A stretch of 64,000 nt of DNA, taken from Minisyncoccota bacterium. GTDB taxonomy: Bacteria > Patescibacteriota > Minisyncoccia > Phycocordibacterales > UBA1006. The notes beneath the pieces are model-generated. The model was not told where the DNA came from and made no database searches. It saw only the letters and a list, made by a program, of their open reading frames with translations. This document shows positions 63,768-64,000 of the stretch, one piece after another; the first letter of the stretch is position 1; the number at the start of each line of letters is the position of its first letter. The position numbers and the translations under genes are program-made. The stretch lies in NCBI GenBank assembly GCA_036405175.1, contig DASWYC010000002.1, forward strand, positions 321,700 through 385,699, written 5' to 3'.

Positions 63768-64000
63768 TTATTTCAGCAACGATTCAATAAACTTTTTAAG
63801 CGCAAGCTCAAGTTGATTTGGTTGAAATTGTTCATTTGTTCCTACCGGTGCTTCACTAAATGATAATTCTTTAAGCGACGCAAACACCGTACGCATTTGA
63901 TTAACTACCTCATCCTGCAGCGATGAATCAATATGAAGCGTATACTGACTTGGTGTTTCTGGATTGCTGTTATTAATAAAGTAGAGCGCGTTGGTAATGA
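63768..64000 (-). CDS. 3' end of an unknown gene entering from the right edge
   Basis: Open frame ...ITNALYFINNS...LALKKFIESLLK* for 76 codons, ending at TAA 63770-63768. Confidence 0.6.
   Translation of the reverse strand, partial: ITNALYFINNSNPETPSQYTLHIDSSLQDEVVNQMRTVFASLKELSFSEAPVGTNEQFQPNQLELALKKFIESLLK

Overview
Core chromosome of a reduced-genome bacterium, most likely Patescibacteria/CPR (Parcubacteria-like). The assignment rests on 16S signatures and on streamlined PheS/PheT/AlaS/EF-Ts; the genes read cleanly in genetic code 11. Most genes are housekeeping genes on the minus strand: frr, pheST, gatB, obgE, ychF, grpE-dnaK-dnaJ, mraZ-rsmH-ftsL-ftsI, greA-lysS, alaS, rpoB-rpoC-dnaG-rpoD, gyrA, pth, secDF, mnmA and groES-groEL. 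rpsB-tsf, tRNA-Thr and rpsA are on the plus strand, and there is a stand-alone 16S rRNA gene. Main unexplained signals: (1) a putative ~330-400 nt ncRNA just downstream of the 16S trailer, with its own consensus sigma70 promoter and four tandem 54-62 nt rod hairpins that share an AGGU...RUCU base and UUCG/CUUG tetraloops but differ in stem sequence; (2) a 38-bp palindromic motif shared by the grpE-dnaK-dnaJ and groES-groEL promoters that is not CIRCE, CtsR or HAIR; (3) about 15 dispersed, self-contained accessory cassettes with AU-rich leaders, several encoding divergent alpha-CTD-, ClpP-, Adk- or OmpA-like folds, in a genome whose core genes look largely leaderless and whose anti-SD is altered. 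All calls were made by eye; no database searches were run.
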